DNA of 64,000 bases from assembly GCA_040954595.2 (NCBI GenBank), contig CM082598.2, forward strand, positions 7,021,097-7,085,096. The letters are read 5' to 3'. Positions 38,045 to 49,720 of the stretch are shown one piece after another. The notes beneath the pieces were generated by a model. That model searched no databases, was not told where the DNA came from, and saw nothing but the letters and a program-made list of their open reading frames with translations. How positions within the stretch are numbered: position 1 is the stretch's first letter; every line of letters starts with the position of its first letter. A program made the position numbers and the translations under genes. This DNA is from Balanoglossus misakiensis (taxonomy: Eukaryota; Animalia; Hemichordata).

Positions 38045-41000
38045 GTAATTTGACATTGCTAATGCAACGGTGACATTGAATCTGATTCTTTGCATCAAGG
38101 TAAATGGCGATGCAAGCTTGATGATGCATCACGGTAGATAGTGATGCAAACACTTCGCTTTGACATGGGTATTTAATGCATATGGTGTTTTCAAGTTGAT
38201 TATACATCCTAGGGTTAATATGTGTCCAAAAGCACTTTAATTTGACATTGCTAATGCAACGGTGACATTGAATCTGATTCTTTGCATCAAAGTAAATGGC
38301 GATGCAAGCTTGATGATGCATCATGGTAGATAGTGATGCAAACACGTCACTTTGACATGGGTGTAAAATGCATCTGGGGTTTTCAAGTTGATTATAAATC
38401 CCAGGGTTAATATGTGTCCAAAAGCACTGTAATTTGACATTGCTAATGCAACGGTGATATTGAATCTGATTCTGTGCATCAGGGTAAATGGCGATGCAAG
38501 CTTGATGATGCATCATGGTAGATAGTGATGCAAACACGTCACTTTGACATGGGTGTAAAATGCATCTGGGGTTTTCAAGTTGATCATAAATCCCAGGGTT
38601 AATATGTGTCCAAAAACACGGAAATTTGACATTGCTAATGCAACAGTGACATTGAATCTAATTCTTTGCATCAGGGTAAATGGCAAAGCAAGCTTGATGA
38701 TGCATCATGGTAGATAGTGATGCAAACACTTCACTTTGACATGGGTATTTAATGCATATGGGGTTTTCAAGTTGATTATACATCCTAGGGTCAATACGTG
38801 TCAAAAAGCACTGTAATTTGACATTGCTAATGCAACGGTGACATTGAATCTGATTCTTTGCATCAAGGTAAATGGCGATGCAAGCTTGATGATGCATCAC
38901 GGTAGATAGTGATGCAAACACTTCGCTTTGACATGGGTATTTAATGCATATGGGGTTTTCAAGTTGATTATACATCCTAGGGTTAATACGTGTCCAAAAG
39001 CACTTTAATTTGACATTGCTAATGCAACGGTGACATTGAATCTGATTCTTTGCATCAAAGTAAATGGCGATGCAAGCTTGATGATGCATCACGGTAGATA
39101 GTGATGCAATCACTTCGCTTTGACATGGGTATTTAATGCATATGGGGTTTTCAAGTTGATTATAAATCGTAGGGTTAATACGTGTCCAAAAGCAGTTTAA
39201 TTTGACATTGCTAATGCAACGGTGACATTGAATCTGATTCTTTGCATCAAAGTAAATGGTGATGCAAGCTTGATGATGCATCACGATAGATAGTGATGCA
39301 ATCACTTCGCTTTGGCATGGGTATTTAATGCATATGGGGTTTTCAAGTTGATTATAAATCGTAGGGTTAATACGTGTCCAAAAGCACTGTAATTTGACAT
39401 TGCTAATATAACGGTGACATTGAATCTGATTCTGTGCATCAGGGTAAATGGCAAAGCAAGCTTGATGATGCATCATGGTAGATAGTGATGCAAACACTTC
39501 GCTTTGACATGGGTATTTAATGTATCTGCATGGGTATTTAATATTGACTGAAAATTCCTGGGGTAATACGTGTCCAAAAGCACTATAATTTGACATTGCT
39601 AATGCAATGGTGACATTGAATGTGATTCTTTGCATCAGGGTAAATGGCGATGCAGGCTTGATGATGGATCAGAGTAGATGGTGATGCAAGCTCTGCACTT
39701 TGACATAGGTATTTAATGTATCTGCATGGGTATTTAATGTTGACTGAAAATTCCTGGGTTAATACGAGTCCAAAAGCACTGTAATTTGACATTGCTAATG
39801 CAATGTTGACATAGAATGTGATTCTGTGCATCAGGGTAAATGGCGATGCAGGCTTGATGTTGCATAATGGTAGAGAGAGATGCAAACACTTCGCTTTGAC
39901 ATAGGTACATTTATAACATGCATATGGGGATTTCAAGTTGATTATAAATCCCTCAGTTAATACGTGTCGAAAAGCACTGTAATTTAAAATTGCTAATGCG
40001 ATGGTGACATTGAATCTGATTCTTTGCATCAGGGCAAATAGTGAAGCATGCTTGATGATGCAAACACTGCATTTTGACATAGGTATTTAATGCATATGCA
40101 TGGGTATTTGAAGTTGTCTGTAAATCTCCAGGGTAATTCATAGCCAAGAGCACTGTAATTTGACATTGCTAATGCAATGGTGACACTAAATGTGATTCTT
40201 TGTATCAGGGTAAATGGGGAAGCAAGCTTGATGATCATCACGGTAGAGAGTGATGCAAACACCTCGCTTTGACATAGGGGATTTCAAGTTGATTATAAAT
40301 CCCTGGGTTAATACGTGTCAAAAAGCACTGTAATTTGACATTGCTAATGCAACGGTGACATTGAATCTGATTCTGTGCATCAGGGTAAATGGCGATGCAA
40401 GCTTGATGATGAATCATGGTAGATAGTGATGCAAACACTTCGCTTTGACATGGGTATTTAATGCATATGGGGATTTCAAGTTCATTGTAAATCCCTGGGT
40501 TAATACGTGGCCAAACGCACTGTAATTTGACATTGCTAATGCAATGGTGACACTAAATCTGATTCTTTGTATCAGGGTAAATGGCGAAGCAAGCTTTATG
40601 ATGGATCAGAGTAGATGGTGATGCAAGCTCTGTATTTTGACATAGGTATTTAATGTATTTCCGTGGGTATTTAATGTTGACTGAAAATTCCTGGGCTAAT
40701 ACGTGTCCAAAAGCACTGTAATTTGACATTGCTAATGTAATGGTGACATTGAATGTGATTCTTTGCATCAGGGTAAATGGCAATGCAGGCTTGATGATGC
40801 ATAATGGTAGAGAGTGATGAAAACACTTCGCTTTGACATGGGTATAAAATGCATATGGGGATTTCAAGTTGATTATAAATCCCTCAGTTAATACGTGTTG
40901 AAAAGCACTGTAATTTAAAATTGCTAATGCGATGGTGACATTGAATCTGATTCTTTGCATCAGGGCAAATAGTGAAGCATGCTTGATGATGCAAACACTG

Positions 41001-42445
41001 CATTTTGACATAGGTATTTAATGCATATGCATGGGTATTTGAAGTTGTCTGTAAATCTCCAGGTTAATACATAGCCAAGAGCACTGTAATTTGACATTGC
41101 TAATGCAATGGTGACACTAAATCTGATTCTTTGCATTAGGACAAATGGCGAAGCAAGCTTGATGGTGATCATGGTATATAGTGATGCAAACACTTCGCTT
41201 TGACATAGGTATAAAATGCATATAGGGATTTCAAGTTGATTATAAATCCCTGGGTTAATACATGTCCAAAAGCACTGTAATTTGACATTGCTAATGCAAT
41301 AGTGACACTAAAACTGATTCTTTGCAAAAGGGCAAATTGTGAAGCCTGCTTGATGATGCATGAGAGTAGATGGTGTTTCAAGCCCTTCACATTGACATTG
41401 GAATATAATGCATATGGGTATTTAATGTTGACTGTAAATCCCCAGGTTAATACGTGGCAAATGCACTATAATTTGACATTGCTAATGCTACGGTGACACT
41501 AAATCTGATTCTTTGCATCAGGGTAAATGGTGAAGCAAGCTTGATGATGCATCAGATTCTATGCTGATGCAAACTCTGCACTTTGATATGGGTATTTAAT
41601 GTATATGCATTGATATTTAAAGTTGACTCTAAATCCAGAGGTTAATACATGGCCAAAAGCACTGTAATTTAAAATTGCTAATGCAAGGGTGACATTGAAT
41701 CTGATTCTTTGCATCAGGGCAAATGCTGAAGAATGCTTGATGATGCACTTGGGTCAATGGTGATGCAAACACTAACCTTTGAGACCAGGGTTTAAAATGC
41801 ATACAGGGGGATTAAAAGTTGACTGAAAATTCCTGGGTTAATACGTGTCCAAAAGCACTTTAATTTGACATTGCTAATGCAATGGTGACATTGGATGTGA
41901 TTCTTTGCATCAAGGTAAATGGCGATGCAAGCTTGATGATGCGTCAGAGTCTATGCTGATGCAAACTCTGCACTTTGATATGGGTATTTAATGTATATGC
42001 ATTGATATTTAAAGTTGACTATAAATCCAGAGGTTAATACATGGCCAAAAGCACTGTAATTTAAAATTGCTAATGCAAGGGTGACATTGAATCTGATTCT
42101 TTGCATCAGGGCAAATGCTGAAGAATGCTTGATGATGCACTTGGGTCAATGGTGATGCAAACACTAACCTTTGACACCAGGGTTCAAAATGCATAAAGGG
42201 GGATTAAAAGTTGATTGAAAATCCCTAGGTTGCCAAAAGCGTTGTAATTTGACATTGCTATTGCAATGGTGACATTGAATCTGATTCTTTGCATCAGGGC
42301 AAATGCTGAAGAATGCTTGATGATGCACTTGGGTCAATGGTGATGCAAACACTAACCTTTGACACCAGGGTTTAAAATGCATACAGGGTGATTAAACGTT
42401 GATTGAAAATCCCTGGGTTAATACGTAGCCAAAAGCACTGTAATT
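38045..42445. repeat. 192-bp satellite array, right arm
   Basis: Same monomer and orientation. Becomes more diverged toward 42445. Confidence 0.97.
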
Positions 42446-42599
42446 GCTGATGATGGTGAGCTGGTGTTTGCTCCTCCGGGGGGTTGAATGGAATATTTAG
42501 GTCCAACGACCTAGGTCAAATAACCATGGGATAACTCTAAAGCACGTTGAGATTTATCGCATTATATGCTACATAAGTTATAAATATTATAGTAATATT

Positions 42600-43100
42600 A
42601 TTACATAAGCAACTCTCTTACTTAGCATAAGAAAGTGGTCAGGTGAACTATACTCGCAGAGCTGCCCAATTGTTTAAGGAAAATTCGAGTTGGGTAATTT
42701 GGACGTATTCATACGTACAAACTGTGTTATGTATGGGACATTGATGTTGCCTAATACGTCTCCTCATTAACTTGAATTCTTAATGGTAGCTAAACAAGGC
42801 AGCGTATAGAAAGATCATTGTTAGACATACACAACTCTTTTTTTTGAGCATGGGAAATATTCGTGAGAACTGTGTTCTCAGAGCTCAAAAACTGTGTTAT
42901 GAGAAATTCCAGCTGCTAAACTTGCATGTCTCTAAATTTACTGAAACTCTGATTACGAGCAAAATAAGGCAACGTATAGGAATGTCATTCTACCACATAA
43001 TGTTACGCAACATTTCTATTTAGCGTGGGAAATAGTCTTTGGAACAGTATTTTCAGAGTTGACAAACTGTGTTATGTATAGGATATCCAAATTGGCAATT
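42600..43100. repeat. Decayed ~170-175-bp tandem repeat
   Basis: AAACTGTGTTATG at about 42719, 42889 and 43064; GGGAAATA..CAGAG.. repeated. Confidence 0.55.
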
Positions 43101-43360
43101 GTTAGCAACCAGTTGTCTTCAGAGGGTTTAGGGCACCAACCTCAACATGTTTTAGTCTCACTACTAGTCCATGGGCCAGAGACCGAAACTGTCCCCCCCC
43201 CCCCTGGGGAGTTTTGCAGACATATATTTTTGGAAAGCCTATTTATCCAGCTGTCAGAATCAGGTTGTTTGCACTCATATTAATGGTGGGTGTGGCCGTG
43301 AGGAGCGGTTGTCATGGTAACGATAACATAATTTTAGGGGTACTCATACAGTTAAATAAT

Positions 43361-44350
43361 GATATATTTCAGGATCTGAGAAAGCTAGAGAAAAAATTTG
43401 AACATTGGGTCTTATAAAGAAGGGTACGGGCTATCCAATGATTACATGACCGACAAGGTCAGAGGTCAAGTTCATCTTCAAAACGCGGGGTCAAAGTAAA
43501 AATTTTGCTATTTTTTGTATATCGATCATACATAGTTTCGATTTACTGGAAAACGGTATGCTCGAGGAGGCTGTAAATTTGTCATCAGGTAGCATGGAAC
43601 ATTAGGTTTAAGAAAAATAAGCTGATTTACGTCTTTGATATTAAGTTATATTAAAATTCTGTTACCATAACGAAGGATAGCAGATTTGCAAAATCACAAA
43701 AATAAAAATCCTGCTATATCTTTGCCACCAATTAAGCTTTAGATAAAATTTAAACACTCAAACTTATAATGTCGGGTGCGATCTTTTCATTGCTAACTTG
43801 AACTTTGGGGTTCAAGGTCAAGGTCATCCTCAAATTTCAGGTCAAAGTGACAAAATGGACATTATGGATTTTTGTTCAAAATGACATTTTACGGCGAGCG
43901 TTTACTAAACACTGTTTGGGTTTAGAATGCTATAATTTGATCTCCAGATAGAGATGTGTAATGTTTACAAAGATTTTAATTTGTTTGGCTGTTTACATAT
44001 ACTTAATATATACTTAATATGCAAAACCTGCTGTTTTAATGACAACAAAATGAATGGTAGGAATAGCAAGAGTACTCATACATTTAAAATGAGATATTTC
44101 AGGTTCTGAGAAAGCTAGAGAAAAAATTTAAACAAGGTCAGAGGTCAAGTTCATCTTCAAAACGCGGGGTCAAAGTAAAAATGTTGCTATTTTTTGTATA
44201 TCGATCATATAAAGTTTCGATTTACTGGAAAACGGTTTGCTTGAGGAGGCTGTAAATTGGTCATCAGGTAGCAAGGATTATTAGCTTTAAGGCCTATTTT
44301 CGTCTTAGGTTGTAATTTATATTAAAATTATGTAACCATACCGACGGATA
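43361..44350. repeat. Diverged direct duplication (43361-43680 vs 44091-44350) in an unclassified GGTCAAGGTCA-motif repeat
   Basis: TTTCAGG.TCTGAGAAAGCTAGAGAAAAAATTT and CAAGGTCAGAGGTCAAGTTCATCTTCAAAACGCGGGGTCAAAGT each occur twice. The second copy lacks about 55 bp. Confidence 0.75.
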
Positions 44351-45129
44351 ACTTCACAACTGGTAGCTAGGGCAGTGTTTGCAGTTTGCACAGAGGAGTC
44401 TCTTAAATGCGCTCATTCACACCTCTTCAGTGATAATGCCTGAATTATATTGACACGAAGCTGTTTGTTCAGCAGTGTTTCAACTGCCAGCCACCTGAGT
44501 TCATTTTAACACCCAAACACTGAAAATATTGTAGCTATCAATAATATAACCTACCCGCGGTGTAAAAGTCATCGTGTTTGAAAGTTATGTTAATGCCTGA
44601 TGTGCATTGTGACTCACAGGGCATGCAATAGTAAAGCTTGTCCAAAGTTGACAAAGCAAAAGACCAGACTAAGTGCCTGTTTTAAAATGTGCTTCTTTTC
44701 AAGGATCTCGGTGATGAGGCATGATTGAGGAACGTTTAAGGGACTCATTTTTTTACTGGACCCACACACGTAATGATATAACCATGAAATTGAACTGTTC
44801 CCGGGAGCTACTGAGAGTTGCCTTGTTTCACCCCAAGTAACTAGCCACGATTTTTACAGTGCCGGCAGTAGTTCCAAAAAACTGTGTACTTTAATGAATA
44901 ATCAAGTAGCATCGTTTTATTTGTGGTAGTAAAACATTCTGGCTTGCAGCCGCCACAACAAATACAATTACAAGTAAGATTTATGCGCCAATGAACTAAT
45001 TATTGATCCTCACTTTCTGTGTGCCAGCGATGATGTCACTATTAATTCTGTGCTAGTTTGCACTCAGACTTCATTTTCAGGGCTGATATTTCATTTTTAT
45101 TGATGATCTTTTAAGTGTATGTACTGCTT

Positions 45130-45467
45130 TTTGAAAAGAATTTTGAAAATTATCAAAGTCGAAAAATTTTCATTTTTTGATGATTTTCATGAACTATAAT
45201 TATGTATACTATAACTATGCTTTTTTAATCGGAAATTAAGAATTTTTGAAAATTTTCAAAGTCGCAAAAATTGTCATTTTTGATGATTTACATGATCTAT
45301 AACCCGTGATATTTTTTTATCAAAAATTAAAATTTTTTGAAAATTATCAAAGTCGAAAAATTGTCATTTTTTGATGATTTTCATGAGCTATAACCCATGA
45401 TTTTTTAAAATCAGAACTCGATGATATTTTGAGATTTTCCAACGACCAAAAACTGTCATTTTTTGAT
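45130..45467 (-). repeat. Short, diverged stretch of the AT-rich 79/88-bp satellite in reverse orientation
   Basis: AAAGTCGAAAAATTGTCATTTTTTGATGATTTTCATGA is the reverse complement of the monomer at 57467-64000. Confidence 0.9.
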
Positions 45468-45918
45468 AATTACTCACACATAATCAATATTCAACATATA
45501 TAAAACACAGGAGACAGGTTTGGCGGCTAAAGGCAAAGTTGCCCGTTTAATCGGCAAAGGGACCTGCAGTCCAAACAAAGGCCAACAATGAAAGGTAAAT
45601 AACAAGTTACAGCAATCGTTGTGTATGAGCAATGATGAGTAAAGACATTGCAAGGCTATGGGTGGGTGGGAGGGATTGTAAAGAAAGCTCCCAGCTTGAA
45701 CAAGTCAGAAACGCTATGAAAACTAACTGTGATGATAAGGCGCATGCGTGATCAATTAAGGACCCTGATGGGCACTGAGGGCGCCCCTCATGCTCCCCCA
45801 AATTACTCACACATAATCAATAGTCAACATATATAAAACACAGGAGACAGGATTGGCGGCTAAAGGCAAAGGTGCCCGTTTAATCGGCAAAGGGACCTGC
45901 AGTCCAAACAAAGGCCAA
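45468..45918 (-). repeat. 3' split direct repeats B2 (45468-45585) and B1 (45801-45918), with putative A2 between them
   Basis: AATTACTCACACATAATCAATA...AAAGGCCAA occurs twice at offset 333, with about 3 mismatches. Confidence 0.85.
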
Positions 45919-46105
45919 GAACGAAGTGGCCGCCAATCCTGTCCACCCACTTGTATGAAAAGTTAGGTCAACAATAAAATTGTACAATGCTCAAAGCGCT
46001 TGTAGGCAGTATAATGCGAGTACATTCCACCTGCATGGAAAGTTAGGTCAACAATAATTTTTTACAATGCTCAAAGCACTTGTAGGCAGTATAATACGGG
46101 TACAT

Positions 46106-46799
46106 TTAAAGTGCACTATTTGAAAATTGTCTGAGAAAAAGGTTAATACGTGTGGACACTTCGAGACGTTTGGGAAAAGGTATTTGTAAGTACAAAAGGT
46201 AGGCTTGTGATTTCCAGTCACCGTGTATCTGGATTAGCTCACCGGGCACATGTGCAGAAAAGGCACAGGATGCTCCCCCTCGCCTGAAACTGTGACCTGA
46301 ATGGGAGGGGGGAAACCCTGCTTGTTGAAGAAGTTAGAAGTGAAAGTGCTGTGGGTCAAGGTGACAATACCCCTTGTGCTGGGCACTAGGAAGGCAGGCG
46401 AAGTGGGAGTCGCTGCGAGGAAACTGCACATGTGTCTCAAGGCAGAAACAAGACACAACGGTGAATCTGGTAAACTAGCTATGGGTATAGTAAGTACACT
46501 TTCATGTTGCTGAATAGTTTCGGACCATGTAATGCCAACAACAACACCCGTAGTTCTGAAGTGGAAATTTTGGCGTGCCAGGTGAATGCTGGGATCGAAG
46601 GCTGCCACACTGGGAGGGACAAGATTTGATTTTCTTAAAAAGTGAAAGGCAGTGAGGAAGGCTGCCCAGAGTGTGACGTGGAGAGGGTTGTGCAAATTGA
46701 GTAACCAGATGGCCAGCAGAATGACTGGTGTGATGGCGAGCTTTTGCTTTGGTAATTGGGGGTGACTGCGGCCAATACTGCGAAGCAGTAAATTGGTAG
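46106..46799 (-). pseudogene. Tyrosine recombinase, C-terminal part (frameshifted)
   Basis: TTNLLLRSIGR..KLAITP..AAFLTAFHFLRKSNLVP; after a frameshift SGHSFRRGGAS..IQIHGDWKSQAYLLYL; TAA at 46106-46108. Confidence 0.88.
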
Positions 46800-47186
46800 T
46801 GTAACGGCCTTGTTGATCCATTGAATTTGTATACATGTATATCTGTATGTATGTTATACCTGTATCTTATAGTAATTAGTTATTCAATTATTCATATGAC
46901 GTAATAGTACTTACCTTCAATTGGTTGATCTTAATTATATGCAAACCACCTGGAAGTTTCATTTGACCAATGAACACAAGCTAATCTGGCACTATGATGT
47001 AATTGCTGATATAAAAGGACATGGTGCATAAAATTGGTCAGTTCACCTCTGTAGCCAGACCGGCCACACACGTTGGAACTGACATGTATTTGTTCCATTT
47101 CAGTTATTAAATGTAAGGCCTATGTCTTTGTTACCCGTAACCTGTTTGGTGTGAATATGTTGGAATGAACGGCGACAACCGTGACA
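46800..47186 (+). repeat. 5' LTR
   Basis: TGTAACGGCC...CCGTGACA. Contains CCAAT, TATAAAA and ATTAAA. Identical by eye to the 3' LTR. Confidence 0.96.
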
Positions 47187-47188
47187 AA

Positions 47189-47207
47189 TGGCGTAGTCGG
47201 CAGGATT
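47189..47207 (+). promoter_or_regulatory. Primer binding site, tRNA-Ser
   Basis: TGGCGTAGTCGGCAGGATT, 2 nt after the LTR, is complementary to the 3' end of metazoan tRNA-Ser (..AATCCTGCCGACTACGCCA, recalled from memory). Confidence 0.88.
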
Positions 47208-48261
47208 TGGCAATTCCTACGCAAGTTCTTTTTTCGGGACGGAGAGGATGATACTGACAAGTGCCATGTTTTAACTGGTCAGAAGTGTCTGGACAACGGA
47301 CAACGCCCAACCAGGTGTGTCTTTCGCTGAGCTGGACGTCCTTGGGGAGCCACCCGGACTGCAGACAGACGGGAGCCAGGTCCAAGCGTCAACGGCGAGG
47401 AAAATTCTCTGCAGAGTGCCAAGTGGTGAAGTCGCTGAACTGTTACCGGCCGGAACTGTTTAGTGTGAAGTGTTCATCGCGGTATACAAGGTATTGTGTG
47501 TCCAGAACTTGACAGTGTTATTCCGTGCGAACTATAGACAGTGCGCATAAATTCCGTCCGTGGCGCATAGTTTCCATCTGTGATAACTTCGGACTTGAAC
47601 TTGTGGACTGGGTATTTTATTGCCAACGAACTTTCTGGTTATTCGCCGTAGAACCTGGTGTAACGTAATGTTTGTAAATTTTTCTTAGAAATTTCAATAT
47701 TGTCTATATAATGCAATGTGGTCAAAGTAGTTTTGACTTTGATTTAATTGTTGAAGTGGGCTCCATGTGGATATAAACCCCTGTTTTGTTGCCTTTAGTC
47801 TGCTTTAAACGAAAAAAAATATATATATAAATTTTATTTTCTTTCAACAGTATATTTTGGTTAAGTGCTGAAGTATAATTTTCTTTGTAAATTTCAGTTC
47901 ATTATTTTCCAAACGACGTGGAAAAAAAAATTTTCAGCACTTGTTAAAAAAAAAAAAAATATTAAGTTATAAGTTAAATATTGTATATTGACTTGAGTTA
48001 GTTTATTATTGTATTAGTTATTTAGTTGTTTCATTATTATTGAGACTGTCCATGAATGGTCGTATTCATCCAAATCATACATTAGTCTCTATAGAACCTT
48101 TGGCAGTGTCTGTAAGCTATTCTATGCTTATTTCATTCCCTGTTAACGTATGTGCTATGCCAGTAGATACTGATATTATTGTTAAGATTTTCCAGTGAAA
48201 TAGCTTGCATTGCATCGTATTTAACGACACGTCAGAGTCCTCCCAAATTGCCTCTCATTTT

Positions 48262-49698
48262 ATGGAAAAAAAAATGGCTGTGTCCAAAATATCAATTCAA
48301 GAGCGAAGCATTTATGTGCAACACTTGCCTTTTGAATGTACAAAGAAACATTTTAGAGAATTTATCGAGTTACAGCTTGGTTTGGCCCAGGTTGATCAAA
48401 TTTATATTTCTGATAAAGATTCCGCTTTTGTCATATTTGAGAATATAGAATCAGCCACAGCCGCTCTGCCAGTAATACATAAAAGCACTTTTGAAGAAAG
48501 CAAATTACGGGCAAGTCGTGTGACCACAGCCCGAGGGTTGGAACTGTGGCATTTAATTGAGGAAACCGAACAAAGTACTGGCCTAGATTACAATGAAACC
48601 AGTGATCCCAAGACATCCAAACCCAAAGCAGATGTACAGGAAATTATTAACATGTTGAGTTTACTGTCTGAAGCAGATAGGAAAGCGGTTGCACAGGCCA
48701 TATCACCTGCTCCACTGAAACCAATCGTATCAACCCCTATGCCACAGCCGATTCCATTTCCAGCATTTCCAGTACCAACTTCAGTTGCAGATTCTTCACC
48801 ATTTATTATGTCTTCACCTGCCCAAGCAGCTGCTGCACAGCCAGCCACAGCCACTACTGCTTTTCACTCGGTGGAATTCCCAAGAATAGTCGTCTTCTCT
48901 GGCAAAGGTGATGTCACTTATGAAATGTGGCGATATGAAGTTCGAGCACTACAGAGGGAGAATGTGTTTCCGGAGACCATAATTATGCAGGCTGTTCGGA
49001 AATCCCTACGAGCGTCCGCTGCTGAAGTCCTACTACATATGGGAGAAGACATCACAGTGTCCCGATTGATGGCGAAGATGGACATGGTCTTTGGGAAGGT
49101 ATTGCCACCGGAAGCAGTTTTGGAAAAATTATATTCAGCACGACAAACGAAGACAGAAAAGGTAGCAGAATGGGCCTGTCGCATCGAAGGACTTTTGGAT
49201 GAACTCAGATCAGGTCAGTCCATCTCTAGTAATTCAGAAGAAACCATGCTTCGAACCAAATTCTATTCTGGCCTGTCAGATGAGCACATTAAGAATGCAA
49301 TCAGACACCGATATGATACGGGAGAAGATTATTCAGGATTGTTGCTAGCCGCAAGAAAGCTTGAAGTAAATAGGGAGACCACTACCAGGGTTCACCAAGC
49401 AACTGTTGCTGACAAGACGATGATAACCAAATTGGAGGAACTTACCAAAGGTCTGAAGAACTTAGCTGAGAAGGTTGCTGAACTAGAGAAGCGAACTTCA
49501 ACATCATCAACTCCAGAGTCTACTTTTCGCCGACGTGTCAACAATGAAAATGGCCGGGATCGGCGTGGCAACGATGGAACTCGCCAACCCAAACAAGTTT
49601 TCCCAGGCAACTGCTTCAAGTGTGGTGAACATGGACACAAAAAGACAGACTGTCCTTTAAATGGGGAGCGACCAGGCATCCGGAGGGACATGCGCTAG
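48262..49698 (+). CDS. gag: Gypsy Gag: N-terminal RRM-like domain, PNMA-like capsid, CCHC knuckle
   Basis: First ATGs at 48262 and 48274 (the track start at 48205 is TTG). IYVQHLP..SAFVIFEN; FSGKGDVTYEMWRYEV; CFKCGEHGHKKTDC. Confidence 0.92.
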   Translation: MEKKMAVSKISIQERSIYVQHLPFECTKKHFREFIELQLGLAQVDQIYISDKDSAFVIFENIESATAALPVIHKSTFEESKLRASRVTTARGLELWHLIEETEQSTGLDYNETSDPKTSKPKADVQEIINMLSLLSEADRKAVAQAISPAPLKPIVSTPMPQPIPFPAFPVPTSVADSSPFIMSSPAQAAAAQPATATTAFHSVEFPRIVVFSGKGDVTYEMWRYEVRALQRENVFPETIIMQAVRKSLRASAAEVLLHMGEDITVSRLMAKMDMVFGKVLPPEAVLEKLYSARQTKTEKVAEWACRIEGLLDELRSGQSISSNSEETMLRTKFYSGLSDEHIKNAIRHRYDTGEDYSGLLLAARKLEVNRETTTRVHQATVADKTMITKLEELTKGLKNLAEKVAELEKRTSTSSTPESTFRRRVNNENGRDRRGNDGTRQPKQVFPGNCFKCGEHGHKKTDCPLNGERPGIRRDMR

Positions 49699-49720
49699 GT
49701 CGGAACGGTAACAGTCCCTC
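49656..49720 (+). promoter_or_regulatory. -1 ribosomal frameshift signal (slippery T TTA AAT plus predicted H-type pseudoknot)
   Basis: Heptamer at 49656-49662 in the gag frame, then a 6-nt spacer. Stem 1: 49669-49679 with 49690-49702. Stem 2: GAGGGAC (49683-49689) with GTCCCTC (49714-49720). The -1 frame is open into pol. Confidence 0.8.

Noticed and set aside
7160-42382. Dozens of satellite ORFs (60-764 aa) as zinc-finger or repeat-protein genes
   Set aside because: They arise from a 192-bp tandem unit divisible by three. Cys/His spacing fits no known finger, there are no unique N- or C-terminal domains, and frameshifting variants are amplified.
7035-42445. CRISPR-like array
   Set aside because: No unique spacers; whole monomers repeat; no cas genes; eukaryotic context.
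46234-46836. ORF starts/ends that include Gypsy LTR sequence (MYTNSMDQQGRY here; TVTVVAVH.. in 54295-54690)
   Set aside because: Chimeric read-through from antisense LTR into YR fragments; not real termini.
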